64,000 bases of DNA from an uncultured Clostridia bacterium. GTDB taxonomy: Bacteria > Bacillota > Clostridia > Christensenellales > UBA1242. Made by a program: the position numbers and the translations under genes. The stretch spans positions 302,882-366,881 of the forward strand of contig CALWKE010000002.1 of assembly GCA_944381185.1 (NCBI GenBank), in the 5' to 3' direction. How positions within the stretch are numbered: the stretch's first letter is position 1; the number at the start of each line of letters is the position of its first letter. Shown in pieces: positions 29,099-39,335 of the stretch. The notes under the pieces are model-generated. The model saw only the letters and a program-made list of their open reading frames with translations. It did no database searches and was not told where the DNA came from.

Positions 29099-32000
29099 TT
29101 ACATTCCTACGATTTTATTTGCATATTCAGACCAATTAGTATTTTGTTTATATTGTTGAACTAAATTATTTGGCACATATATATATGTTAAATTATCACA
29201 ACCGGTTAATATATCAGGATCAATATCAACCATTGTAGTTGAATTTAATGTTAACGATGTTAAATTAGAACAACCCCAAAATACTCCACTACCTAAAGAT
29301 TTTACACCTTGTGGTAGATTTATTGATGTTAAATTAGAACAACCCTGAAAAGCTCCATTACCTATACTTGAAATATTAGATGGAATAGTTATTGACCTTA
29401 AATTTCCACTTAAACTAAATGCAGAATAATCAATTTTAACAACTGAATTAGGAATGGTATAGGTAGTATTAGTTTTTGAACCAGGATATTGAACCAATGT
29501 CTTCATATCATATGTAAATAAAACCCCATCAACTGAAACATAATGTTTATTATTACTATCAACAGATATACTAGTGATTTGTCCGCTGACATAAGTAAAG
29601 GCACCAGTACCAATATTTTCAATAGTAGACGGAATTTCAATTGTTCGAACTGAACTGCCAGATATAGAAAAACCATCAATTTCTAATACTGGATATGTTT
29701 TATTATCAGAAGTATTTACATATGAACTCGGTATTACTACATTTGTAGCAGATCCTGAATAATCTATTAAAGTGTTGTTTTTAAAGGTAAATCCATTAAC
29801 TGTTATTTCAACATCAGTTTCATCAATACCATCTCTTTCCCACACAGCATATAAAGTTATAATATTAGATGTATAATAATTTCTCCAAGTGTAAGTTGAA
29901 TTTGCTGAATAATTCACAGACCCTGTTGATGATGTTGACCAACCTTGGAATTTATAACCACTCAAATTAAAACCACTATTTTTAATAGTCACAGATGCCG
30001 AACTAACATAATTGCTTGAAGTTTGAGAACATCCTCTCCATTGCGTTGTGCTAGACGCAGTTGTTGAACCAATTACTGATGAACTTGCATCTGATGGCCT
30101 GTTTGAATTATAAGTAATTTGAACAGTTCTACTAAACACTGGATATCTATAAACAATTCCATTATTTGTTGAAGTTAAATTTCTATAAGAATTGCCTGAA
30201 TAAATGTTTGGTTCTGCATAACTGCCTGAAGTTGATGTCCAACCTTGGAAACTCCAACCATCTGAAATTGCAGAAACTCCACCACGCTCATCAATATACC
30301 AATCATATTCTTCATAAGTATAATATTCACCATAAGTTGCATCAACATCATAATATGTTACCGATGTTCCTGTTCCATAAGGTAAATAGAATCTAACAGT
30401 ATAAGTGTTAGCCGTCCAATCGGCTGTGAATGTGACGGTTTGACCATTATTTGAACCCAAGTTTTTGAAATATAAATAACTAGGATTTGTTGGTCCTGCT
30501 GTTGTGTCAGTAATAATATCTGCACTGCTATCACTTGGAGTATTTGAGCAATAATGACCAACCCCTTGCGTCATTCCACTGATAACCCAGCCATTAAAGG
30601 TGTAACCTGTTCGTGTTGGACTTGAAACTTGGAACCATGAATTGAATGTTGCACTTGTTGGATGATATGTTCCATAAGAGCCACCACCAAGTGAATATGA
30701 AATTTTATAAGTATTAATGCTCCACTTTGCAGTAAAGGTAACCGTCCCCGCATTTGAATTAAGATATCTGAACCACGTGTAAGAACTATTTGTTGAGTAA
30801 GAAGTTCCCGTGCTGGTTACATATGACGATGTGCTCGTTCCAAAGTAATGTGTGGTGCCACTTGTCATGCCACTAATTGTCCAGCCACTAAAACTATAAC
30901 CCGTTTTTGTTGGAATTGACACATTAAACCAATTATCATAAACAACGGTTGTTGGATGCGATGACCCATGTGTTCCGCCATCAAGTGAATATGAAATCTT
31001 ATATTCAGCCCTTTGCCAAACTGCCTCAAAGTTAACAGTTTCAGCAAAATCACCACGCAAATTTTTAAAATATGTTGCAGAAGTTGAAAGGGTTGTTGCA
31101 GATGTTGTTTGATATGAAGATTGTGAAGTTCCATAAAGGTGAAGTTCATTATCCATGCCAGTTATTAACCAACCATCAAAATTAAACCCTGACCTTGTTG
31201 GCAATGGAATGTTCACCCATTCATCATAAGTTACCCACAGAACTTCGTAGCCCAATGAACTTAAATCAAAATCATCACTTTCAAATGTTATGTAATAACC
31301 ATTTGACCCTTCACCATAATAAACCGCATAAGCATAATAAACAGGATTTTCTGAATCATAGGCACTTGTGTTACTGAAAATCCAAAAAATATCCGACCCA
31401 ACAGTTGCTTCATAATAAGTTCCATCAAAAGTGTAAGTTGTGATTGAGTCTTCAGTTAATGTTCCAAAATCATAATGGTTTGGTGTTATAAGCCAACCAT
31501 TAATTCCAGAAGACAAAATGTTGAGCAAATGATAATTTGAATTATAAGTTGTTGTGTCTGTGCTATAAGTTGAATAGTTTGACAGGTCGTTTCTCCAGTC
31601 TTCACCACTTGCAACCATATATTGAATTGTTATATCAACAAAGGTATAAGCGGCATAAATATGGATATCTCGTGGAGCATAACCGTTTTCAGAACTATAA
31701 GTTTCTTCTTGACCAGCATTTATGCTTTTGCCTGAAATTGGCGATGCAACAGTGTTATCACCATTCCACGAAACAAGATTTGTTGTTGAAGAATATGTTG
31801 AACCAGTGTTGTTAACAACCCAGAACAAAAGTTTAACGCCTTGTGGAAGTTCAATTTCATTTGAATTTAAAGCATTAACTGATGAAACATAAGCCTTAAA
31901 ATTGAAATCATATCTAACTCGTTGTGTTTTTGTTGCTGTCATATTGCCAGCAGTGTTAATTGTGTCAATAGAATCATCAACAATATCATAACTTGCTGGC

Positions 32001-35000
32001 AAGAAATGATATGTTATATTGTAATAATTAGCAGACCAATTTGCTGTCAAAACCAAAGCACCACCTTCAATGCCAAGATTTCTAAACCTAGTAGCATTAA
32101 CAATTCGGTCATAGTTAACATTCACTTCATCAGTATATCTTCCGTTAGTTGATGTGAATGCAACCCAAGATGAACCATAGTAAAAATAGTGCGTACATTC
32201 ATCATTAAGTCCACTAAATGACCAACCTGTAAAGGTGTAACCAGCACGCGTTGGATTAGAAATTGTTACATCAGCATTATACTCTGCAGTTGTTGGATGA
32301 TATTGACCAAACTCGCCACCATTTAAATTATAACCTATATTATATGTATATGCCCGCCAATTAATTGTTAAAGTGACAGTCGCACCATTTTGTGAATGCA
32401 AATTTTGAAAATATAGTTGATTTGTTCCAACATTGAATGTTGATGCCCTTGTCGTTGAATATGATGAGTTTGATGTTCCGTAATAATGAGTGCAATCAGT
32501 TGATGCGTCTGAAACAATCCAACCATCATAATAGTATCCAACTGGCACAGATGATGGTGCACTTATATTAAACCAAGAATCAAACTTCGCACTTCCCGGT
32601 TTTGATGTTCCAAGAGTTCCATCACCTTCTTCGTACTCAATATAATATATGTTAACCGACCATCCAGCCGAAAAATAAACTGTTCCATATCCTGAATGTA
32701 AATTATAATAATAGGTTCTTGAAGTTGATGAATTTGTGTATGACGATGATGTGCTGGTTGCATATGACGATGTGCTTGTTCCAAACCTGTGAGTTAAACC
32801 ACTTGTCATGTTTGTAATTGTCCAACCTGTGAAAGTGTAACCCGTTCGTGTTGGGTTTGAAACTTGGAACCAACTGTCATAATATACTGTTGTTGGGCTG
32901 TTTGCCCCCAAACTTGCACCACTCGCATTAAGTGAGTAAGAAATATAGTATGGTTTTGAATCCCAATTTGCAGTAAATGTTATCTCCTGCCCGTCTGTGG
33001 TTCCTAAATTTTTAAAATACTTGTAACTTGCCGATGCTGTTGTATATGAAGTACCCGTAGAAGTTCGATAAGAAGAAGTTGTTGTTCCAAAATAATGAGT
33101 AACACCACTTGTCATTCCCGAAATTGTCCAACCACTAAATGTGTAACCCGTTCGGGTTGGGTTTGGCACTTGAAACCATTCATCATAAGTTGCAGATAAA
33201 GGTTTTGATGATAAACTTCCCCCACCCAGTTCATATTCAATATCATATTCATTTGCAGTCCATGTCGCTGAAAAAGTAGTTTGATCATAGTTATAAATAG
33301 AACCATACATATTTCTAAAGTAAATATCATTAGGACCAGTTTTAAATGAATTTGATGTTGTTGAATTATATGAACTAGTTGATGTTCCATAATTTTTTGT
33401 TATGGTATGCCCACCTGAAATTGTTGTAGAAAAACTCCAACCATTAAAAGTATATCCAACCTTTGTTGGTATCAAAATATTAAACCAACTATCAAAAGTT
33501 GCAATATAAATGTTTTCAACTAATTTTCTTGCCACTGTTGATACTGATAAATTACTATAAGATGGTAAATATCCTGAATTATAAGAAATTGATGAACCTG
33601 TATCTACCCAACCTGTTGTTGAATTATAATAATATGTTGTTCCATTTGAAATAAAAGTTCCACCATATGTATTAACCGTTGTATCATCTGTATAATAATA
33701 CACACCACTAGCAGATGTTGATACTAATATAAAGCCAGATTTTCCATTAAAGCTAAGGTATATAGCACCATACGCCGGTGTTGAATTTGTTTTATAAAAA
33801 TAAGTACCTGAAATATGACCTATACTTTGGTTAGCAGTCGTAAGAGTTGGTGAAAATTTTTCCAAATTTGTTGATGTAAATATTCCATCATTCAAATCAA
33901 ATTCAACATAGTATTTAATTGGTTCCCAAATTGCATAAAGTGTTAAGTTTCCACCCGTTGTGTAGGTGTATGACGAAGATGCTGAATAACTTGTTCCATT
34001 TCCATTTGATCTAGTATTCCATTTAACAAATGTGTAACCTGTATTTGAAAAAGTTGAAGAACTCTTTGTTGTGAATGACGACTTATAGGTTACTGATTGA
34101 GTGCTAGTTCCATTCGTTCCGTCATTCCCATTCCTGTCATATGTGATTGTATAAGATTTTGGTGTAAACTTTGAATAGAAAGTAGTTCTAAAATAATTAT
34201 TTTTCACTAACGAAATTGAACCGCTACTTCCACCATAAGTTAATGTGTTTATATGAGTTGAAGATGAAAAATCACTATAAGATCTCGAATCATCAGTATC
34301 ATAATACCAAGCTGAAAAATTAGCGTTACTTACTGTTGGGGTGTAATCAGCATAATATAATGTAATACCACTAGCCATTGGAAATGAGCCAGATTTATAA
34401 GTTGTTGACTGATATCGTGGATAGTTTGTTGTATCAGGGTCATAATCACTTGAATCATATCTAAAGTAATAATAATGATATTTTGTTGAATAACTCATTG
34501 AAATATGATCTTTGTTTTCAGGCAAATGTGCATCATAGTAAATCAAATTCCAAAATGATAGAACACATCTATATTGAAGGTTTCCATCAGACATATAAGA
34601 TGCTGTGAATCCTTCATTTACATTATTTCCTGACCATGAAACTGAAACTGAACCATTACTATTAAAGGTTGTGCTGTATATTCTTAAAATGCAATCAATT
34701 GAACCCAAACCACCTTGTGTTTTAAAATCACATTCAAAATCTGTTATATATTTAGAATTTCGCATTGAAATAGTTAAAAGCGGATTCCACCCATTGGCAC
34801 AATCAACTCTAGCCATTTCTACACCGCCTGAAGAAAAAGTCCAATAATCATAATAATAAGGTGAAATTTCAGATGAACTTGAAGTGTCTTTTGATTTGTT
34901 ATATGTTGAAAATGTAAACGATGTTTTTTCTTCTGGTTTTGTTTGTGAAACTTTAACATCTTCAAATGTAATAAAATAAGAGTTTTCGCCTTGTGTTAAT

Positions 35001-36736
35001 TCAATTCCAGCACCAACATTCAAATTCAAAAAGTTAAATTCATCAATATTTTGAAGTAATGTGTTCCCCTTAATATCAACCAAATCAAATTTTTCACCAC
35101 TATTAACAAAATAAATGTCCGCTTTTTGTGTTAAAAGCACGGCAATATCTGAACTATCAACAAAATCTTCAATAATTGAATAGTTGCCTGTTTCAACATC
35201 AATTTTATAATAGTTTTCACCATCTGTTGCAATTGCTACCCCATTATGGTTAACAATATTCATATTATCAGTGAAAAATTCAGGACTAACAACAACCTTT
35301 CCGTCAATATTCATTAAACCCAAATATGAGTCTTTTTTGATTGAAAAAACCGAACTTGACGCTGTTCCATTTAATGAATAATTATCTTCTTCAGTAAAAT
35401 TATAAAGTGTTTTAACTTTGCCATTTTCAACCTTCAAAAGCCTTGAGTTTGTTAAAAATGTAGACGAACCTGCATAGGTTATATATTCTTTGCTATTTGA
35501 AGAATATGAAATAATTTCATTAGAATTGTTATCATAATATGCAATGTAATAATCATTTAAAAGTGAATAATTTTCCCCAACTTTTTGTTGTGCAATATAA
35601 TAACTGTTTGTTAACTTTAAAGTTGAAGTAGAAATTGTTGATGCAAGTCCATAACCACTTTTTAAATTAAACTTTTGTTCTGTTGGATTTTTTGTTGTGT
35701 AATCAAAAATTGTGTAACTATGATTTACCAAAATATCATTATCATCAGAAATTGTTGTTGAAGTTATTTCATTTTTATCAAAAACATAGGTGCTATAATC
35801 TATTAAATATTTTCCTTCCGTTAAAAAGTTAACTGAATAATCAGTTTTCACTGCCCCATTATCACTATTAATAACAGTTTCCTTTTCAAAAACAGAAAAA
35901 CCATCATCAGTTAAATAAACAAGTTTTAAACCATTTGAATCAGAATAATAAAATGAATCATCAAAAAACGCAAAATTACAATTATAATCAGCACCAAATT
36001 TAATGCCTGAAATCATATTTAATCTAGTATTATCATTTGGGTCGATTTTTTCAGTTGAAAGTTCATAAAAATAAACATTGACATCTGCTTTTGGTGAACC
36101 ATCAGAATAATCTATATTTGAATATGTTGAAAATGAAAAGTATCTATCTTTAATATTAAAACTTTCAAAAATATATAAATTTTTACCTCTTGTGTCAAAT
36201 GTATATATTTCTTTAATGTTATCAAAATCACCAAAATAAACAAGTGTATAAACATTGTTGATTGGATCTGTTAAATTTTGTTCAGAAAATTCAGAAACAA
36301 GCACAACATAATCTTCATAAACGGTATTAACTGAATATGATAATGAGTTTTCTAAAATAAACCCACCCTGTGCATCACTTTCAGTTGAAACTTGTTCTGT
36401 TAAATTTCGAGCCAAATATGTTCCATCTTCATTTTGTTTGAAAACAATAAAATTTTCATTTGAATTTGTATCTTCGTAAACAAAATAATTTTTACCAAAT
36501 TGTTTAACTTTGTCATATTCGCAAAAATTTTCATAAGGCACATTTTCAAGTATTGTTTTATCAAGATATGTGCTATTACTATTTATTTCATTTGCAAGTT
36601 GTTTTTGAGCCGTTGTAAAACCCGATGCATTATCTTTCTTTAACCCAAAAATGCAACCTAAAACAATTGCAAGCACACACACCACCGCAACCAATGAAAT
36701 CAATAAAACTTTAACTGATTTTTTCATTTTACTCAT
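29099..36736 (-). CDS. Giant surface protein, paralog 3 (2545 aa), ending in a BspA-like LRR_5 domain
   Basis: ATG at 36736 with AAGGA RBS; N-terminal TM; shared N-domain; PTRTGYTFxGW repeats; C-terminal IPNSVVKIDYSAF / AFQGCSNLTSI LRRs. Confidence 0.92.
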   Translation of the reverse strand: MSKMKKSVKVLLISLVAVVCVLAIVLGCIFGLKKDNASGFTTAQKQLANEINSNSTYLDKTILENVPYENFCEYDKVKQFGKNYFVYEDTNSNENFIVFKQNEDGTYLARNLTEQVSTESDAQGGFILENSLSYSVNTVYEDYVVLVSEFSEQNLTDPINNVYTLVYFGDFDNIKEIYTFDTRGKNLYIFESFNIKDRYFSFSTYSNIDYSDGSPKADVNVYFYELSTEKIDPNDNTRLNMISGIKFGADYNCNFAFFDDSFYYSDSNGLKLVYLTDDGFSVFEKETVINSDNGAVKTDYSVNFLTEGKYLIDYSTYVFDKNEITSTTISDDNDILVNHSYTIFDYTTKNPTEQKFNLKSGYGLASTISTSTLKLTNSYYIAQQKVGENYSLLNDYYIAYYDNNSNEIISYSSNSKEYITYAGSSTFLTNSRLLKVENGKVKTLYNFTEEDNYSLNGTASSSVFSIKKDSYLGLMNIDGKVVVSPEFFTDNMNIVNHNGVAIATDGENYYKIDVETGNYSIIEDFVDSSDIAVLLTQKADIYFVNSGEKFDLVDIKGNTLLQNIDEFNFLNLNVGAGIELTQGENSYFITFEDVKVSQTKPEEKTSFTFSTYNKSKDTSSSSEISPYYYDYWTFSSGGVEMARVDCANGWNPLLTISMRNSKYITDFECDFKTQGGLGSIDCILRIYSTTFNSNGSVSVSWSGNNVNEGFTASYMSDGNLQYRCVLSFWNLIYYDAHLPENKDHISMSYSTKYHYYYFRYDSSDYDPDTTNYPRYQSTTYKSGSFPMASGITLYYADYTPTVSNANFSAWYYDTDDSRSYSDFSSSTHINTLTYGGSSGSISLVKNNYFRTTFYSKFTPKSYTITYDRNGNDGTNGTSTQSVTYKSSFTTKSSSTFSNTGYTFVKWNTRSNGNGTSYSASSSYTYTTGGNLTLYAIWEPIKYYVEFDLNDGIFTSTNLEKFSPTLTTANQSIGHISGTYFYKTNSTPAYGAIYLSFNGKSGFILVSTSASGVYYYTDDTTVNTYGGTFISNGTTYYYNSTTGWVDTGSSISYNSGYLPSYSNLSVSTVARKLVENIYIATFDSWFNILIPTKVGYTFNGWSFSTTISGGHTITKNYGTSTSSYNSTTSNSFKTGPNDIYFRNMYGSIYNYDQTTFSATWTANEYDIEYELGGGSLSSKPLSATYDEWFQVPNPTRTGYTFSGWTISGMTSGVTHYFGTTTSSYRTSTGTSYTTASASYKYFKNLGTTDGQEITFTANWDSKPYYISYSLNASGASLGANSPTTVYYDSWFQVSNPTRTGYTFTGWTITNMTSGLTHRFGTSTSSYATSTSSSYTNSSTSRTYYYNLHSGYGTVYFSAGWSVNIYYIEYEEGDGTLGTSKPGSAKFDSWFNISAPSSVPVGYYYDGWIVSDASTDCTHYYGTSNSSYSTTRASTFNVGTNQLYFQNLHSQNGATVTLTINWRAYTYNIGYNLNGGEFGQYHPTTAEYNADVTISNPTRAGYTFTGWSFSGLNDECTHYFYYGSSWVAFTSTNGRYTDEVNVNYDRIVNATRFRNLGIEGGALVLTANWSANYYNITYHFLPASYDIVDDSIDTINTAGNMTATKTQRVRYDFNFKAYVSSVNALNSNEIELPQGVKLLFWVVNNTGSTYSSTTNLVSWNGDNTVASPISGKSINAGQEETYSSENGYAPRDIHIYAAYTFVDITIQYMVASGEDWRNDLSNYSTYSTDTTTYNSNYHLLNILSSGINGWLITPNHYDFGTLTEDSITTYTFDGTYYEATVGSDIFWIFSNTSAYDSENPVYYAYAVYYGEGSNGYYITFESDDFDLSSLGYEVLWVTYDEWVNIPLPTRSGFNFDGWLITGMDNELHLYGTSQSSYQTTSATTLSTSATYFKNLRGDFAETVNFEAVWQRAEYKISYSLDGGTHGSSHPTTVVYDNWFNVSIPTKTGYSFSGWTISGMTSGTTHYFGTSTSSYVTSTGTSYSTNSSYTWFRYLNSNAGTVTFTAKWSINTYKISYSLGGGSYGTYHPTSATFNSWFQVSSPTRTGYTFNGWVISGMTQGVGHYCSNTPSDSSADIITDTTAGPTNPSYLYFKNLGSNNGQTVTFTADWTANTYTVRFYLPYGTGTSVTYYDVDATYGEYYTYEEYDWYIDERGGVSAISDGWSFQGWTSTSGSYAEPNIYSGNSYRNLTSTNNGIVYRYPVFSRTVQITYNSNRPSDASSSVIGSTTASSTTQWRGCSQTSSNYVSSASVTIKNSGFNLSGYKFQGWSTSSTGSVNYSANSTYTWRNYYTSNIITLYAVWERDGIDETDVEITVNGFTFKNNTLIDYSGSATNVVIPSSYVNTSDNKTYPVLEIDGFSISGSSVRTIEIPSTIENIGTGAFTYVSGQITSISVDSNNKHYVSVDGVLFTYDMKTLVQYPGSKTNTTYTIPNSVVKIDYSAFSLSGNLRSITIPSNISSIGNGAFQGCSNLTSINLPQGVKSLGSGVFWGCSNLTSLTLNSTTMVDIDPDILTGCDNLTYIYVPNNLVQQYKQNTNWSEYANKIVGM

Positions 36737-36779
36737 ACTCAATTTTCCTTTGCAAAAATTACACTTCTATACAATAATT

Positions 36780-36808
36780 AGTATATCAAATAATATAGAT
36801 TTTTACAA
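36780..36808 (-). promoter_or_regulatory. SigA-type promoter of paralog 3
   Basis: TTGTAA-N17-TATACT with extended TG. Confidence 0.75.
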
Positions 36809-36819
36809 ACGAATAAAAG

Positions 36820-36842
36820 AAAAAGGTGGAAATTTTCCACCT
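36820..36842 (-). terminator. Terminator of the dnaG-rpoD-trmK-Zn ribbon operon
   Basis: AGGTGGAA/TTCCACCT stem overlapping the stop, followed by a U-tract on the minus strand. Confidence 0.7.
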
Positions 36843-37539
36843 AAATTTTATAAATATATCTGCCACAATTTTCACATTCAATAACGCCAAATTTATTTGT
36901 TTTCATCTGCCCAAGTTTAGACGCAGAAATTTCCATTCTACACCCCCCACATTTGTTGTTATTAAGTTCAACAAAAATTGGAAATAATCGACTTTCACGC
37001 TTTTGTTTATATTTTGCAAACAAGTCTTTTTCAATCTTTTTTTCAAGTTCTGAAAGTTTATTTTTTAATTCATTAATAATTGGGTCTTTTTGAGCCTTAA
37101 GTTTTGCATAAGAGGCTTTATATTTATCAAAAGTTTCCCTATCAACCTTTGACTTTCTTATGATATTTTCATACTCTTTGCTAATGTTTTGAATTTCATT
37201 ATAAATATTTGTTATTTCTTTTTCAAGAGAAGTTGAAATCGCTGAAAAATCTTTATATGCTTTTTCATAAATAGACGCTTTTTCTGGTTCTGCATTCTCC
37301 ATCTCTTTTTCAAGTTTATTTAATTTTTCAACAAAATCATTATATTTGTCATTTGCTTTTTTATATATAGTATTTATATGTTTAGCATTTTCTTCAAGCA
37401 TAATGAGCCTTGAATGTTGATTTTTCAAAACTTGCTGAATTTGTGAAGCTTTTTCACGGTCTTTTGATTTTGAAAGTTCATTTTCAGCAGAAATCAACTG
37501 ACTTTCAACATTTTGATATTCTAAAATTTTCTCTAACAT
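36841..37539 (-). CDS. Coiled-coil protein with C4 zinc ribbon (DUF164-like)
   Basis: Long heptad-like region, then CGGC...CENCGR; usual position after trmK. Confidence 0.85.
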   Translation of the reverse strand: MLEKILEYQNVESQLISAENELSKSKDREKASQIQQVLKNQHSRLIMLEENAKHINTIYKKANDKYNDFVEKLNKLEKEMENAEPEKASIYEKAYKDFSAISTSLEKEITNIYNEIQNISKEYENIIRKSKVDRETFDKYKASYAKLKAQKDPIINELKNKLSELEKKIEKDLFAKYKQKRESRLFPIFVELNNNKCGGCRMEISASKLGQMKTNKFGVIECENCGRYIYKI

Positions 37540-37566
37540 AATATCTCCTCTATCAAAAAAAATATA

Positions 37567-38271
37567 TCACACATCAATCAATTTTTCAATCATTTTATAA
37601 AGAATAAACTTTTCTTTTAAAACCTTATCTTGTCGAATTCGTTTTTTAGTTAGTGTTTTAAAAAATGCTAAACTATCATAAACTTCAATTAAATATTTAA
37701 AAAAATCTTCATCAGAAACTTTATTATCTCTTCCAAGCCAAATGTTGAATATATTTTTTCTAGTTCGTTTTTTTTCTGCAATATTTATAATTAGTATCGG
37801 ATAAAACCTATCAGCGTCACAAATAACATAATCACTAATAAGTTTAATTTTTTTATCAAAAATCCAATGACGAAGTTCAACAACATTTTGTGCTGGTTGC
37901 AAAATAAAATAATTACATTTGTTTTTTCCATTAATTTGCTTGTTTTGCTTTTCAAGCATAGAAATTATTTCAAAACCACCAATACCAGCAATAATCGTTA
38001 CATCTGCACTGTCAATAACAGACAAGCCGTCACCAACTCTTGTTTCAATTTTTTTTAAATCTTTAAGTTTAATTAAATCAATAAGTTTTTGAAGACTTTT
38101 AGAACTTATGTCAGTTGCAATAACTTTATCAACATAATCTTGACAAGAAGTTTTTTCTGCAAGATAGCCATGGTCTGTTCCAATGTCACAAATAACCAAA
38201 TTTTTATTTAATAATTCATGCACAAAGTCAACCGCTTCGGCGAGTTTGTTTATTCTTTTATATGTTTTCAT
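37567..38271 (-). CDS. trmK: tRNA (adenine22-N1)-methyltransferase
   Basis: DIGTDHGYL, GDGL and IAGIGG motifs; directly downstream of rpoD. Confidence 0.9.
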   Translation of the reverse strand: MKTYKRINKLAEAVDFVHELLNKNLVICDIGTDHGYLAEKTSCQDYVDKVIATDISSKSLQKLIDLIKLKDLKKIETRVGDGLSVIDSADVTIIAGIGGFEIISMLEKQNKQINGKNKCNYFILQPAQNVVELRHWIFDKKIKLISDYVICDADRFYPILIINIAEKKRTRKNIFNIWLGRDNKVSDEDFFKYLIEVYDSLAFFKTLTKKRIRQDKVLKEKFILYKMIEKLIDV

Positions 38272-39335
38272 TATTTTATATCAATATCAACATAATCACG
38301 AAGTTTTTTGCTTCTTGATGGATTTCTTAATTTTTTAAGAGCCTTTGCCTCAATTTGCCTGATACGCTCTCTTGTAACACTAAATTCCTTACCAACATCT
38401 TCAAGTGTTCTTGTGTGACCATCTTCAATTCCATAACGAAGCATAATAACTTTTTGTTCTCTTGGAGTAAGTGTTGATAATACCTCCATAAGTTGTTCTT
38501 TAAGCATCATGATAGACGCTGAATCAGCTGGTGAAATTGCATTTTCATCTTGAATAAATGTGCCCAGTGTTGAATCTTCTTCTTCACCAACAGGGGTGTC
38601 AAGTGAAACTGTATCTTGAGAAATTTTTTGAATTTCAATTACCTTGTCAACAGAAATCCCCATTTGCTTTGCAATTTCTTCAACAGTTGGCTCTCTTCCA
38701 AGTTCTTGAAATAAATCACGAGTAACTTTTTTTTGCTTGTTGATAGTTTCAAACATATGAACAGGAATACGAATAGTTCTTGCTTGGTCAGCAATTGCAC
38801 GAGTTATGCTTTGACGAATCCACCAAGTTGAATATGTTGAAAATTTGAAGCCTTTTGTGTAATCAAACTTTTCAACTGCTTTCATCAAACCAAAGTTACC
38901 CTCTTGAATAAGGTCAAGAAAAAGCATGCCTCTTCCAACATATTTTTTAGCGATTGAAACAACAAGCCTAAGGTTAGATTCTGAAAGTTGTCTTTTTGCA
39001 TCTTCATCACCTTCAGCCATACGTTTTGCAAGTTCAACTTCTTGTTCTTGAGTTAAAAGTGGAACTTTTCCAATATCTTTAAGATACATTTTAACAGGGT
39101 CATCAACATAAACTTGAGACATCAATTTTTCCATTTCTTCATCGTCTTCTGGAACTTCAACATCTTCGTTTATCTTTATGCCTGAATCAGTTATTTTTTT
39201 CAAAACCTCATCAATTTCTTCTGGATTAAGATTAGCAAATTTTTCGGTTACTGTTTCCATTGAAATTTCGCCTTTCTTCTTGCCAATTTCAATAATTTTC
39301 TCAACTTCAAGATCTATCTTTTCTTTTCTGTTCAT
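38271..39335 (-). CDS. rpoD: Primary sigma factor SigA/RpoD
   Basis: [43 protein letters not shown]. Confidence 0.98.
   Translation of the reverse strand: MNRKEKIDLEVEKIIEIGKKKGEISMETVTEKFANLNPEEIDEVLKKITDSGIKINEDVEVPEDDEEMEKLMSQVYVDDPVKMYLKDIGKVPLLTQEQEVELAKRMAEGDEDAKRQLSESNLRLVVSIAKKYVGRGMLFLDLIQEGNFGLMKAVEKFDYTKGFKFSTYSTWWIRQSITRAIADQARTIRIPVHMFETINKQKKVTRDLFQELGREPTVEEIAKQMGISVDKVIEIQKISQDTVSLDTPVGEEEDSTLGTFIQDENAISPADSASIMMLKEQLMEVLSTLTPREQKVIMLRYGIEDGHTRTLEDVGKEFSVTRERIRQIEAKALKKLRNPSRSKKLRDYVDIDIK

Noticed and set aside
29099-29830. DGR variable region at the paralog 3 C-terminus
   Set aside because: No reverse transcriptase or template repeat in the window; a remote DGR cannot be excluded.
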